Made by a program: the position numbers and the translations under genes. From Methanomassiliicoccales archaeon (lineage in GTDB: Archaea; Thermoplasmatota; Thermoplasmata; Methanomassiliicoccales; UBA472), in contig JAJRAN010000055.1 in the NCBI GenBank assembly GCA_028682915.1, positions 318 through 64,317 of the forward strand: DNA of 64,000 nt. The letters are read 5' to 3'. The first letter of the stretch is position 1. Each line of letters opens with the position of its first letter. A model generated the notes under the pieces. It was not told the origin of the DNA. It ran no database searches and saw only the letters and a program-made list of their open reading frames with translations. Shown here piece after piece: positions 18,250 to 27,811 of this stretch.

Positions 18250-19446
18250 ATGGGATCGGTGAGGAAAGGCAGGCTGATGGCCGGGATCAGCACCAATGTC
18301 CTGATCCTGGGCATCGTGAGCCTCCTGACCGATGCCAGCAGCGAGATGATCTATCCCATAATGCCATTGTTCCTGACAGCGATAGGGGCGACTGGCACGC
18401 TCATCGGGCTAATCGAGGGAGCGGCGGAGACGACCGCCTCTCTGCTCAAGGTCGCCTCCGGCTGGTACTCCGACCGTTACCAGCGCCGGAAGGTCTTCCT
18501 GACCTCTGGCTATGGTCTTAGCGCGCTCTCCAAGCCCCTTTTCGCTCTGGCTACCACGGCGTACCAGGTGTTGGGGATCCGCATCGTCGAACGGGTGGGC
18601 AAGGGGATAAGGTCGGCCCCAAGGGATGCGCTAATAGCCGACTCCACCCCAAGGGAGAGCTGGGGGAAGGCGTTCGGGTTCCACAAGGCCATGGACTCCA
18701 CCGGGGCGGTGATTGGCCCACTGTTGGTGCTCCCCGTGCTACTGGCTGCTGCCGCGGTGACCGCAGACACCTATCGGTTGATCTTCCTGCTATCGACCAT
18801 ACCCGCCCTGGCCGCGGTTGCGGTGATCGTGCTGTTCGTCAAGGAGGTCAGGGCCAAACATGTCGAGGTGAAGAGGCGCTTCCTCTCTGGCACCCCTCTC
18901 CTAGGCAAGGAGTTCTGGCGCCTTATCGCAGTGGTCACCATCTTCTATCTGGGAGAGGTGAGCTACGTCTTCTTCATCCTCAAGGCTCAGGCCGCCGGCT
19001 TGGACGATGTGAACATCATCCTATTGTACGTGCTCTTCAACCTGATGTTCGTGGTAACGGCCATCCCGTCCGGGACGCTCTCCGACAGATTCGGTCGTCG
19101 GCCGGTCCTCGCCGTCTCCTTCCTGCTCTTCGCCGCGACCTGTGCGGTGATGGCGCTCGCCTCCGAGCTTTGGTTCTTAGCCCTTGGATTCGTTCTCTTC
19201 GGAGTATACAAGGGCTCCTCAGAGGGCGTCTTCAAGGCATTCGTCAGCGACGTATCCCCCAAAGGTTTGCGCGGGACAGCCTTGGGCATTTTCCATACCT
19301 GCGTGGGCATGGTCATGTTGCCAGGAGGCTTGATCGCCGGATTGCTCTGGGACGATATGGGGCCTTGGGCGACCTTCGCATACGGGGGTGTCCTTGCCAT
19401 GACATCAGTGATATTACTCTTGCTCCTGGGTAGGGGCAAGCATTGA
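18250..19446 (+). CDS. MFS transporter
   Basis: 398 aa, about 12 TM helices, motif YSDRYQRRK and a second-half LSDRFGRRP. GGAGGT RBS upstream. Confidence 0.85.
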   Translation: MGSVRKGRLMAGISTNVLILGIVSLLTDASSEMIYPIMPLFLTAIGATGTLIGLIEGAAETTASLLKVASGWYSDRYQRRKVFLTSGYGLSALSKPLFALATTAYQVLGIRIVERVGKGIRSAPRDALIADSTPRESWGKAFGFHKAMDSTGAVIGPLLVLPVLLAAAAVTADTYRLIFLLSTIPALAAVAVIVLFVKEVRAKHVEVKRRFLSGTPLLGKEFWRLIAVVTIFYLGEVSYVFFILKAQAAGLDDVNIILLYVLFNLMFVVTAIPSGTLSDRFGRRPVLAVSFLLFAATCAVMALASELWFLALGFVLFGVYKGSSEGVFKAFVSDVSPKGLRGTALGIFHTCVGMVMLPGGLIAGLLWDDMGPWATFAYGGVLAMTSVILLLLLGRGKH

Positions 19447-19480
19447 CCCAAGGACTGCATTTCCGCGTCCAGAGAGATCC

Positions 19481-20092
19481 ATGAATCTGAATATCAAAGA
19501 ACAGGAAAATCGTAGTTCGTTCCTGTGGACTTCTTATAGGGCTGGTTGCGTTAGCTCGCCCGTGACGGAGTCGACTCCCTATGAAGTATTGGAGAGCTTA
19601 GATGGCATAGAGATTAGAAAGTACCCCACCATGGTATTGGCCAAGGTCACCGGTCTTTCCGATGATATGGCCTTCCGTATTCTCTTCCGATATATCACCG
19701 GTGAGAACAAGGTGCGCAAGGACATCGCGATGACCGTCCCGGTCATCTCTTCTGGTCCCACATACAAGCGGATCGCCATGACCCGACCTGTCCTCTCGGA
19801 CGAAGACTCTTTCTCCTTCGTGATGCCCTCGGTCTTTTCCATAAGTACCGTGCCTGAGCCTCTGGACGAAAGGATAGTGATGATCGAGATGAAGCCAAGA
19901 CGGCTCGCCGTGATGAGGTTCTCCGGTCGACCCCACGATGATTCAATCAAGGAGAAGGAGGAACGGCTGATCTCGGTCCTTAGGGAAATGGGGATCGCAT
20001 TCAAAGGCGCCCCCTTCCTCATGAGGTACAATGGGCCAGGCACCCCGGGATTCATACGCCGGAACGAAGTGGCCGTGGAGCTCTCGCAATAA
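19481..20092 (+). CDS. SOUL/HBP heme-binding family protein
   Basis: 203 aa. PYEVLESLDGIEIRKYP, MTVPV and RFSGRP...RYNGPGTPGFIRRNEV are typical SOUL family blocks. Confidence 0.8.
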   Translation: MNLNIKEQENRSSFLWTSYRAGCVSSPVTESTPYEVLESLDGIEIRKYPTMVLAKVTGLSDDMAFRILFRYITGENKVRKDIAMTVPVISSGPTYKRIAMTRPVLSDEDSFSFVMPSVFSISTVPEPLDERIVMIEMKPRRLAVMRFSGRPHDDSIKEKEERLISVLREMGIAFKGAPFLMRYNGPGTPGFIRRNEVAVELSQ

Positions 20093-20145
20093 GGCAATCA
20101 GCAAGATTCATTTCAATCCAAGTCATAGGCCGTAGGGGGGATGAA

Positions 20146-20685
20146 ATGAGCGCGTCTACGTGGACAGAGAGCATCGCCAAGAAGGAGGCGGCCAGGGACG
20201 TCTTGAGCCTAGGGCAGCGCTTCGGCGAGGCCGTGGCCATCGTGGTCATATTCCTTGTCTTCCTATTCTTCATCAACAATCAAATCCAGGATACTGGCTT
20301 CTTCACTTCCGAGTTCGGCACCACTGAAATGATATTATTCTACGGCAGCCTGCTCTTTGGGATGTTCCCCCCTCTTCTTCGCCTTTTCCTAGGCAGGAGG
20401 AACCAGGTGAGACCAGTGGATGTTGTCGGCAACGTTCTTTTCGTAATAGCGGCCAGCTACTTGATATGGGTCTTCCCCTTCGATTTCAGCCATCTATCGG
20501 ACCTGTTCCCGGAGAGCTTGAAGTTCCTCTTGGACTGGATCACCAACGATATGGTGGTAGTATTGTTCAGCTTCGTGATCGTCATCGTAATCATTGCGTC
20601 AGTCTGGACCGCTTTCCTATTCATCTTGGTCAGGGATCGGCTCAAAAGGAATCCACCAGCATCCATCGAACCTATAAGTCAATAG
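20146..20685 (+). CDS. Hypothetical integral membrane protein
   Basis: 179 aa with 4-5 hydrophobic helices. No family recognised. Confidence 0.5.
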   Translation: MSASTWTESIAKKEAARDVLSLGQRFGEAVAIVVIFLVFLFFINNQIQDTGFFTSEFGTTEMILFYGSLLFGMFPPLLRLFLGRRNQVRPVDVVGNVLFVIAASYLIWVFPFDFSHLSDLFPESLKFLLDWITNDMVVVLFSFVIVIVIIASVWTAFLFILVRDRLKRNPPASIEPISQ

Positions 20686-20759
20686 CCGATCCCGGAGATG
20701 CCCCAAACCTCCGAAAATCAAGAATACATGGGACTTCCAATAGCTTCCAGAGTGAGCCC

Positions 20760-22118
20760 GTGGCCATTCCATACACCCCGAGACCCCCCAAGAGCAATAA
20801 TGACGCGTGGCTTGTGCTCGGAGTCATTTTCGTCGCTTTATTGGTGATAGGAGTGGCCTGGGTAGTAACGTTCCTTCCTAAACAGCCAGAGGAAGAGGTT
20901 ACTCCCAACGTGGAATGGCCGAAGGACACCGATGGCGACAGATACACAGACGCGGAGGACGTGTTCCCCACCGACCCCACCGAGTGGGCCGACGCCAACC
21001 AGAATGGCATCGGGGACAATTCCGAGTCTTATCCAACGGACGCGGACGATGATGGCTACAACGACCTAGTGGATCTGAAAGATGGAGTGGACGTGGGGAT
21101 ATTGGTAGAGATCAAGTCAGCCAAGGTCATCGATGACGTGGACCTCGTCACTGGGGTGGCGCAAGTCTATTTCAATGTTAAAATTAACGAGAGGCAGGAG
21201 GCGCGTATCGACGATGCTGGCTATCCCTATCTGTTCGAAGTGGGCTCGTTCTATCAGATCGGAAAGTCGCTCCGGTTCAACGTGGACGACAACCGCCGCT
21301 ACACCAAAATATCCATTTCCATGGTGGACGAGGACTATACCTCCCAGGATGACATGGTTGACATAGACGGCGTGAATCCAGGTGACAGGACCATGGACGT
21401 CATGTTCGACCTGGTCAACGGCACTTGGTACGGTGACGACACGACCAGATTGGCGGACGGCTCTTTGGACGGTTCCGCATCCTCCGATGACGACGATGGG
21501 GCGCTGAGTTACGATCTCTCGGTCACATCCCTCTCCGGCCTCAAGACCTACCGATGGTCCTATGGGAATGATGATTTCGAGATGCAGCTCAACCTCTCGG
21601 CCAGACAGTACTATCAGCTCAAATACAGCGATGTGGAGCGCTGGCCCTCGACCTATGAGGAGGCGAGGGCTTTCGTGACCGTTACCGACCCCTCGGTGCT
21701 GGAGGTGGCCTCCGAGCTCGATGGCATGGCCTCGGCGCTGGGTCTTTCTCCCTTGGAGCGGGCGAACTTCGCATTGTCCTTCGTCCAAGGAATAGACTAT
21801 TCCTTTGACAACGTCAGCGCTGGTGCCAACGAGTATTGGCGCTTTCCCTTGGAGACCCTGTACGACCAGACCGGCGATTGCGAGGACACATCCATCCTCT
21901 ATGCCTCCATCACGGAGGCGATGGACTACGACGCGGTCCTGCTTCTCTTACCTGGCCATATGGCGGTCGGACTATCCTGTCCGGGTGCCGACGGCGGCCA
22001 CATCGAGCTTGGGGGCGTCGATTACTATTATTGCGAGACGACAGGCCCTGGCTGGGAGATAGGTGAGGTGCCTCCGGAGATGAGGAATGTCGAGACCGAC
22101 CCCGTCCAGGTCCCTTAG
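20760..22118 (+). CDS. Membrane-anchored transglutaminase-like cysteine protease-fold protein with thrombospondin type-3-like Ca-binding repeats
   Basis: N-terminal TM anchor AWLVLGVIFVALLVIGVAWVV. Asp-rich DxDxDG-type repeats (DTDGDRYTDAEDVFPTDP, DANQNGIGDN, TDADDDGYND). C-terminal transglutaminase core DQTGDCEDTSILYASI...PGHMAVG...D. The track ORF (from 20466) overlaps the previous gene in another frame, so I start at in-frame GTG 20760. The start is uncertain. Confidence 0.65.
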   Translation: MAIPYTPRPPKSNNDAWLVLGVIFVALLVIGVAWVVTFLPKQPEEEVTPNVEWPKDTDGDRYTDAEDVFPTDPTEWADANQNGIGDNSESYPTDADDDGYNDLVDLKDGVDVGILVEIKSAKVIDDVDLVTGVAQVYFNVKINERQEARIDDAGYPYLFEVGSFYQIGKSLRFNVDDNRRYTKISISMVDEDYTSQDDMVDIDGVNPGDRTMDVMFDLVNGTWYGDDTTRLADGSLDGSASSDDDDGALSYDLSVTSLSGLKTYRWSYGNDDFEMQLNLSARQYYQLKYSDVERWPSTYEEARAFVTVTDPSVLEVASELDGMASALGLSPLERANFALSFVQGIDYSFDNVSAGANEYWRFPLETLYDQTGDCEDTSILYASITEAMDYDAVLLLLPGHMAVGLSCPGADGGHIELGGVDYYYCETTGPGWEIGEVPPEMRNVETDPVQVP

Positions 22119-22153
22119 GACATTGCTTTTATCTGCCATTCCGATACCCATGC

Positions 22154-22852
22154 ATGCGCCTCATCACCATGTACAAGAATCTGGGAGAGGCAAAGGTAGA
22201 ATTCTACGGGTGCCCCCTAGGATGCAAGTACTGCGCTCATCGCATCAGGGAGAAACGAGAGGTCACGGCGGAGCAGGTCAGCAAGTTCGTCGCTGGCTAC
22301 GATATCAAGCGCATCTTCTTCGGAGGTGCGGAGCCAGCCCTGTTCAAGAAGGACCTGGTGGACATCATCCGTGTCATGAGCAAGAGGGGGAAGGAGATAA
22401 CCCTCAAGACCACGGGAAGCGACCCAGAGTTCGTAAGGGCCACCGTTGACTATGTTCATCATTACATCATCGAGGTCAAGGCGCCCTTGGACGATGTCCA
22501 GGGCATGATGAGGCTCGTCAATCTGGACGAGGAGAGGACCAAGGAATACCTGGCGAACCTGAGGGCGTGCCTGGAATTGTTAAAGGGTAGGAAGGTCAGG
22601 GCTACGGTCAGGGTGATCCCCACGGTCATCGACCGGGACAAGATCGAGCGCCTGGGCCGGCAGCTGCATGGCTATGTCGACGAGGTCCAGCTCATCCAGT
22701 TCATGAGTGGCATGAACGACCTTCCTTTCGAAGGCATAAGCAAGCCCTCGCCTCCGATCGAGGAGGTGGAGGCGATGGGCGACATCATGCTCAAGTATGT
22801 GCCCATGGTGATCCTGCAAGGGGACGGATTCGATAGCACGCTCAGAGCCTGA
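22154..22852 (+). CDS. Radical SAM protein (small activase-like)
   Basis: 232 aa. CPLGCKYC is the CxxxCxxC cluster motif near the N-terminus, and FFGGAEPALF is a GGEP-like SAM motif. Confidence 0.75.
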   Translation: MRLITMYKNLGEAKVEFYGCPLGCKYCAHRIREKREVTAEQVSKFVAGYDIKRIFFGGAEPALFKKDLVDIIRVMSKRGKEITLKTTGSDPEFVRATVDYVHHYIIEVKAPLDDVQGMMRLVNLDEERTKEYLANLRACLELLKGRKVRATVRVIPTVIDRDKIERLGRQLHGYVDEVQLIQFMSGMNDLPFEGISKPSPPIEEVEAMGDIMLKYVPMVILQGDGFDSTLRA

Positions 22853-22889
22853 AAGTAAATTTCTCACTTCCATCGGATTCTCCGCTGCC

Positions 22890-23381
22890 TTACTCAGGCG
22901 ATTCGTTCGATTCCTTCCTGACGACTCGATAGCGGCAGCTCGCGTCCCCTCGGGATTTCGCTGACTCATAGCTGCCCTCGAGCTTCGGGTTCAACCCTTC
23001 CACGTATTGGTTCGCCGAGATCTCCAGAAGCTCGCATACTTCCAGGCCGCTGGCTTCGAAGGGACAGTAGGTCACCTCGACAAGCAACCTGTCCTCGTTG
23101 CATTCCAGCACCTCAAGTTCCTGCTTGAAGCACTTCTTGATGTGGCACAGGGCTGCGCAGATGTCCTCCATCCTATCCGGATCGAGGCCGAACCTGGCAA
23201 GGTTGGCCAAAGCACCGGCCTTGGTGGCGTTACCGAAGGCAGGAGCCAGTATCTCCAAGGTCCTCTCCCTTCCAAGATGGTCGACCATGCCGTGGACAGT
23301 GGTCAGGAATAGGACTGAGAGGAGGTCCATGGTCTCCTTGTCCCATTCCTTCTCGCTCATCTCTATCTTCTTTACCACCAT
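22890..23381 (-). CDS. Hypothetical protein (Cys-containing alpha-helical)
   Basis: 163 aa with clean coding frame. It weakly resembles L-2-amino-thiazoline-4-carboxylate hydrolase-like proteins (VTYCPF...C...C), but I cannot confirm this. Confidence 0.45.
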   Translation of the reverse strand: MVVKKIEMSEKEWDKETMDLLSVLFLTTVHGMVDHLGRERTLEILAPAFGNATKAGALANLARFGLDPDRMEDICAALCHIKKCFKQELEVLECNEDRLLVEVTYCPFEASGLEVCELLEISANQYVEGLNPKLEGSYESAKSRGDASCRYRVVRKESNESPE

Positions 23382-23488
23382 ATCGTAGGACGATACTCAC
23401 TGGCAGAGAGATATTGATTGCGCATTGTTACCATATCTTCCCTATGTCTACAGAACAATTATCTTGACGAGCCTCAATCCCTGGATGA

Positions 23489-23968
23489 ATGGTTGAGAAG
23501 GATGTGCAAGAGGGCATGCGCGCCCCCGATTTCGGGCTGCCCGATGAGGATGAAGGGCGTTTCCACCTCAGCGAGGAATTGGCCAATGGCCCGGTCGTGC
23601 TTCTCTTCTACCCCGTCGACTTCGGCGTCGTTTGCTCATTGGAGATGCGGACCTTCCAGGACTTGCGTGAGGGGTTCGAACGCAAGGGGGCTAAGGTCGT
23701 AGGCATAAGTCGCAATTCCATCACCTCGCACAAGCATTGGAAGGAGAGCATGGACATCCGCATCCGCCTGTTGTCCGATGAAAAAGGGTCGGTGTGCGAG
23801 ATGTACGCGGGACTGCAGGACTCGGGGGTTCTGAAAGGCCACCCGCGCAGGTCGGTGTTCATTATCGACCGGCGGGGGACGATTCGTTATGCTTGGGTCT
23901 CGAGGGCGGAGGGCCTTTCCCCGCCGTTCGATGAGGTCATGATGAGAATCAGGGAGATGGACCTCTAG
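23489..23968 (+). CDS. Peroxiredoxin (Bcp/AhpC-TSA family), atypical active-site context
   Basis: 159 aa. LLFYPVDFGVVCSLE aligns to PxxxTxxC, but the conserved Thr position is Gly. The conserved Arg region RRSVFIIDRRG is present. Confidence 0.75.
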   Translation: MVEKDVQEGMRAPDFGLPDEDEGRFHLSEELANGPVVLLFYPVDFGVVCSLEMRTFQDLREGFERKGAKVVGISRNSITSHKHWKESMDIRIRLLSDEKGSVCEMYAGLQDSGVLKGHPRRSVFIIDRRGTIRYAWVSRAEGLSPPFDEVMMRIREMDL

Positions 23969-24819
23969 GTCTCGGAATCGTCGGTGAGCTTGGTCAGCTT
24001 CATAGAGACCTCCCAGAGCCTCTGGGCGGCGCTGGTGTTGTAGGACATCTCGGAGGATTCGGCCTCGCCTTTATCCTCGAAATATTTGCCGGAGATGCTC
24101 TCCAGCTCTGGGGCGGTCGCCAGGAAGATGGTGTTCTCCGCCGCCTTTTCCGCGCTCTTGCCGAAAAGGTCCACGAACCTCTTGGAGAGGCTGGTCAGGA
24201 GCCCTGCGTCATAACCCAGATGCGTCTTGGCCAGTCCGGGGCTCGAGGCGTTGCAGGTGACGCCAGAACCCTCCAGTCTCTTCGCCATCTCATATGTGAA
24301 CAGGACCTGGGCCAGCTTGGATGAGGCGTAGGCCTTCTGCCCGCTGAACTTCCTGGTCATCTGCAGGTCCTCGAAGTCGATCCGCCCCCGCTCGTGCAGC
24401 CCCGAGGTGATGTTGATGATGCGGGAGGGGGCGCTGGTCTTGAGCATGTCAAGGAGCAGGTTTGTCAATAGGAAATGCGTGAGGTAATTGACCTGCAGGG
24501 TGAGCTCGATCCCATCCATGCTCTCCTGGCGCTTACCGAAGACGGCCCCCGCGTTGTTGATGAGGACGTCCAGGCGGTGGAACTGTCTACGGAAATCGTT
24601 CGCCAGCCGCCTCACTTCATCCATCTTCTCGAAATCCGCGATGAGATAGTAGATGGCGGGGTTCTTGGTCTCATCCTGGATCTCCTCCACGGTCTGCTTG
24701 GCCTTGTCCTCATCCCGACCGTGGATGACGATGGACGCACCATAGGTGGCGAGAGCTCGAGCCGTCGCCAGACCCATGCCCGAGGTGGCTCCGGTGATGA
24801 ACACCACCTTTCCTACCAT
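23965..24819 (-). CDS. SDR family oxidoreductase
   Basis: 284 aa. TGATSGMGLATA (TGxxxGxG), NNAG, and the YASSK catalytic Tyr-Lys. Its stop overlaps the convergent peroxiredoxin stop (CTAG). Confidence 0.9.
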   Translation of the reverse strand: MVGKVVFITGATSGMGLATARALATYGASIVIHGRDEDKAKQTVEEIQDETKNPAIYYLIADFEKMDEVRRLANDFRRQFHRLDVLINNAGAVFGKRQESMDGIELTLQVNYLTHFLLTNLLLDMLKTSAPSRIINITSGLHERGRIDFEDLQMTRKFSGQKAYASSKLAQVLFTYEMAKRLEGSGVTCNASSPGLAKTHLGYDAGLLTSLSKRFVDLFGKSAEKAAENTIFLATAPELESISGKYFEDKGEAESSEMSYNTSAAQRLWEVSMKLTKLTDDSET

Positions 24820-24958
24820 CGTGGAGGTGATTGCCCCGCCCCCTAAACCTGCCTAGGAGGCGCATCTGCCTATTAATGATTTACCAGCAGTGAAAAAAAC
24901 ACGATGGGAACCAGGAGATGCCCGAAAGAATTCGATCATACCAAGCTTGCCGCGGCTC

Positions 24959-26467
24959 CTAGGCCAAGCCCAAGGACACGAAGGCCCATATCATGAAGGT
25001 GATGAGCACCATGGCCGGGAGACCTATCGCAAGCCCGGCCTTCGCCAGCTCTGTCCGGGTGAAGGTGTTGGTGGAGTACGCCAAAGTGACCGGGGGCGTG
25101 CCGACCGGGGTGACGAGCGATATCGAGGCCACCATGCCCACGGTCAGCGCCAGGTACTTCGGGTCCATTCCCAGGGCCGCGGAGGTGGAGATGGCGATCG
25201 GAACCAGCAGGGCAGCAGTGGCGGTGTTGGATAGAAAGGTCGTGAGGACGAACGACATTAAGGCGAACACCAGCATGGTCAGAATAATCGCGTATCCTCC
25301 GGTGAAGGATGCTAGGGCCTGAGCCAAGAACTGGGCTGCACCCGTGGCTTCCAGGGCCTCGCCTAAGGCCAGCCCGGCCCCGATAATCAGGAAGACGTCC
25401 CAGGCTATGTTCTTGGCGTCGTCCCACCCCACCGCCCCCACCAGGAACATGGCCACGGCCGATAGCAGGGCGATTATCCCAGCGTTGGCCAAGCCTCCAG
25501 GGAGACCGGTGGCGGAGGCGATCTCCGATCCGAACACCCATAGTATTATCGTTGCCGCGAAAATAATCAACACCTGCTTCTCCTTTGCCTTGAGCGGGCC
25601 TAGGGTGTTGAGGCGCTCGCTCACCTCCTTCGTGTCCAGCTTGCCCTTGGGCACTCGCATGGCAAATGGAAGGATAAAGTAGACCAAAGCAAGGCAGGCC
25701 AGGGCTATGGGCAGGCCAATCACCAGCCAATCCAAGAAGGTCCAAGATATCTCCTTGCTCAACAAAGCGGACGTGATGGCGTTGGTGGGTGAGCCGACGA
25801 TGGTGGAAAGGCTGCCGAAGGCCGTGGCCATGCTGATGCCGATGAGAAAGAAGCCAGCGACCTTAACGCGGTTCTCACCTGAATGGGATGCCACGCTCAA
25901 GGCTACCGGGATGAGCAGGGCCACCGTCGCAGTGTTGGATATCCACATCGATAGCATTGCAGCTGAGATCATCAGCGCGACAAGGGTCTTCCTGAGGTCT
26001 CCCTTGGCGGCGGTGACCAAGAAATAGGACAGGCGCTTGTCCATGCCGTTGCGACGGAAGGTCTCGGCGATTATCAGACCGCCCACCAGCAGGAAGACGA
26101 CCGGATCGGCGAAGGGCGCGAGCGCCTCGATGGGGCTGAAGATGCCAAAGGCGGTGAGAAGGACGGGAACCAAGAGCGCGGTGACCGCCAGCGGGATCAT
26201 CCCGAAGGTCCAAAGCATGGAAACGCACACAAGGATGGCCAGGGCATATTTCATGCTGGAATCCATGTCGAGCGGGGCCAGGGCGATCCCGAAGAGGAAA
26301 AGGAAAGGGATGGTGATGCTCAGCAGGGTCAGCCGTTTGGGAGGGATACGGTCGAGCAGATGGAAGAAGTGCTTCTTGGGATAGGTCTCCTCTTCTGGTG
26401 ATGGGTAATGGACCGGCGCCATCTCTCTTTCAGCGACGGAGTCCCGGGGTAATAGATTTATTCGCAT
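24959..26467 (-). CDS. DASS/SLC13 family anion (di/tricarboxylate or sulfate):cation symporter
   Basis: 502 aa, highly hydrophobic, with two hairpin-tip SNT motifs (WISNTATVALLIPVA and FLSNTATAALLVPIA) typical of the DASS fold. Confidence 0.8.
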   Translation of the reverse strand: MRINLLPRDSVAEREMAPVHYPSPEEETYPKKHFFHLLDRIPPKRLTLLSITIPFLFLFGIALAPLDMDSSMKYALAILVCVSMLWTFGMIPLAVTALLVPVLLTAFGIFSPIEALAPFADPVVFLLVGGLIIAETFRRNGMDKRLSYFLVTAAKGDLRKTLVALMISAAMLSMWISNTATVALLIPVALSVASHSGENRVKVAGFFLIGISMATAFGSLSTIVGSPTNAITSALLSKEISWTFLDWLVIGLPIALACLALVYFILPFAMRVPKGKLDTKEVSERLNTLGPLKAKEKQVLIIFAATIILWVFGSEIASATGLPGGLANAGIIALLSAVAMFLVGAVGWDDAKNIAWDVFLIIGAGLALGEALEATGAAQFLAQALASFTGGYAIILTMLVFALMSFVLTTFLSNTATAALLVPIAISTSAALGMDPKYLALTVGMVASISLVTPVGTPPVTLAYSTNTFTRTELAKAGLAIGLPAMVLITFMIWAFVSLGLA

Positions 26468-26517
26468 TCGGACATTTGGAGATCGATTAAAACCCTTCCA
26501 CGGGGATTGGGGTCCAG

Positions 26518-27288
26518 ATGCGCCTAGAGTGCTGGAACGTGAATGGCCTCCGCGCCGCCCATCGAAAGGGGTTCTTGGACTACCTTGGGGAAGGATCCCC
26601 GGACATCCTATGCGTTCAGGAGGTCAAGGCCGACGAGGACAAGTTGCCGATCGAGCTGAAGGAGGTCCCTGGTTACCATTTCTTCGTCTGCTCTCCGAAG
26701 GAGGAGAAGGACAAGGGGTGGAGCGGGGTCGGGCTGTACACCAAGATGGCGCCCAAAAAGATCGAATACGGATTCGGGGAGGACGCCTTCGACCAGGAGG
26801 GGAGGACGATCGTCGCGCATTTTGAGGAATTCGTCCTGCTCAACATCTACTTCCCCAATGGCAAATCCTCCAGGGAGCGCCTCGATTTCAAGCTAGAGTT
26901 CTATGACGCCTTCCTCCGTTGCGCTAAGAGGCTGATGAGGGGCAAGAAGCAGCTGGTGGTCTGCGGCGACGTGAACACCGCTCATGAGGAGATCGACCTG
27001 GCGCGCCCCAAGGAGAACTCCAAGGTATCAGGCTTCCTGCCAGAGGAGAGGGCGTGGCTCGACAAGTTCGAGGAGGCGGGCCTGATCGATACCCTAAGGG
27101 AGTTCGACCCTTCGCCGGGGAGATACACCTGGTGGGACCTGAAGACCGGCGCAAGGGAACGCAATGTCGGCTGGCGCATAGATTATTTCTACATCACCAA
27201 AGGCCTGCGAAAAAGGCTGAGGAGCGCCTACATCAGAAGCGACGTCCAGGGGTCGGACCATTGCCCCATAGGCATCGAATTGGAGTGA
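26518..27288 (+). CDS. xth: Exodeoxyribonuclease III (AP endonuclease, Xth family)
   Basis: 256 aa. WNVNGLRA, LCVQEVK, GDVNTAHEEIDL, WRIDYF, GSDHCPI. Confidence 0.9.
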   Translation: MRLECWNVNGLRAAHRKGFLDYLGEGSPDILCVQEVKADEDKLPIELKEVPGYHFFVCSPKEEKDKGWSGVGLYTKMAPKKIEYGFGEDAFDQEGRTIVAHFEEFVLLNIYFPNGKSSRERLDFKLEFYDAFLRCAKRLMRGKKQLVVCGDVNTAHEEIDLARPKENSKVSGFLPEERAWLDKFEEAGLIDTLREFDPSPGRYTWWDLKTGARERNVGWRIDYFYITKGLRKRLRSAYIRSDVQGSDHCPIGIELE

Positions 27289-27289
27289 C

Positions 27290-27658
27290 TCACCTCAGGG
27301 ACTCGTCCTCTTGCATGGCTCCGAAGATGTTGCCCTCGGTGTCGTGGAACATTATCACCCATCCGACCCCTGGTACCGCTGTCTTCTGCTGGACGATGCC
27401 TCCGTGGTTCATGACGATCTTGCGCACGAGCTCGTCGATGTCCTTCACCCCGATGTAGTTCACGACCGTGGCTCGGGGATCCGTCCTGCGCTGGACGCCT
27501 CCGTCTATCCCCTTCTCTCCCTTCTTTCCCGTCCTGGCGAGCCAATATTCGAACGGTCCCTTCCATTCCTCGAAGCTCCAGCCGAAGACCTCCTTATAGA
27601 AGGACATGACGCGCCTGGGGTCCTCGGCGTTGATCTCGAAGTACTCGACCCTTGGCAT
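27290..27658 (-). CDS. VOC family (glyoxalase-like) protein
   Basis: 122 aa. FYKEVFGWSFE...GGIVQQKTAVPGVGWVIMFHDTEGNIFG is typical of the small VOC/PhnB-like family. Confidence 0.85.
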   Translation of the reverse strand: MPRVEYFEINAEDPRRVMSFYKEVFGWSFEEWKGPFEYWLARTGKKGEKGIDGGVQRRTDPRATVVNYIGVKDIDELVRKIVMNHGGIVQQKTAVPGVGWVIMFHDTEGNIFGAMQEDESLR

Positions 27659-27811
27659 GCTCCCTCCTCATGTGACTATGTGGCCTATTACTTCAAAAAT
27701 TATCCCATTCGAAACGCCTTGGCGGAGCACCGGGGCGGCCCGCGGGTCCATCTCGGCAGTTACGAAGCCCCCTGCGCAAGGGTTATCATCGCCACCTCTC
27801 ATCCAATCTTC

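Noticed and set aside
20466-20759. 5' extension of the transglutaminase-like ORF
   Set aside because: It overlaps the 3' half of the preceding membrane-protein gene in another frame and looks non-protein-like (RFQPSIGPVPGELEVPLGLDHQRYGGSIVQLRDRHRNH...).
27311-27811. 5' part of the 368-aa track ORF leading into the HNH gene
   Set aside because: It runs antisense through the well-supported VOC gene (27290..27658) and across the AT-rich divergent promoter.
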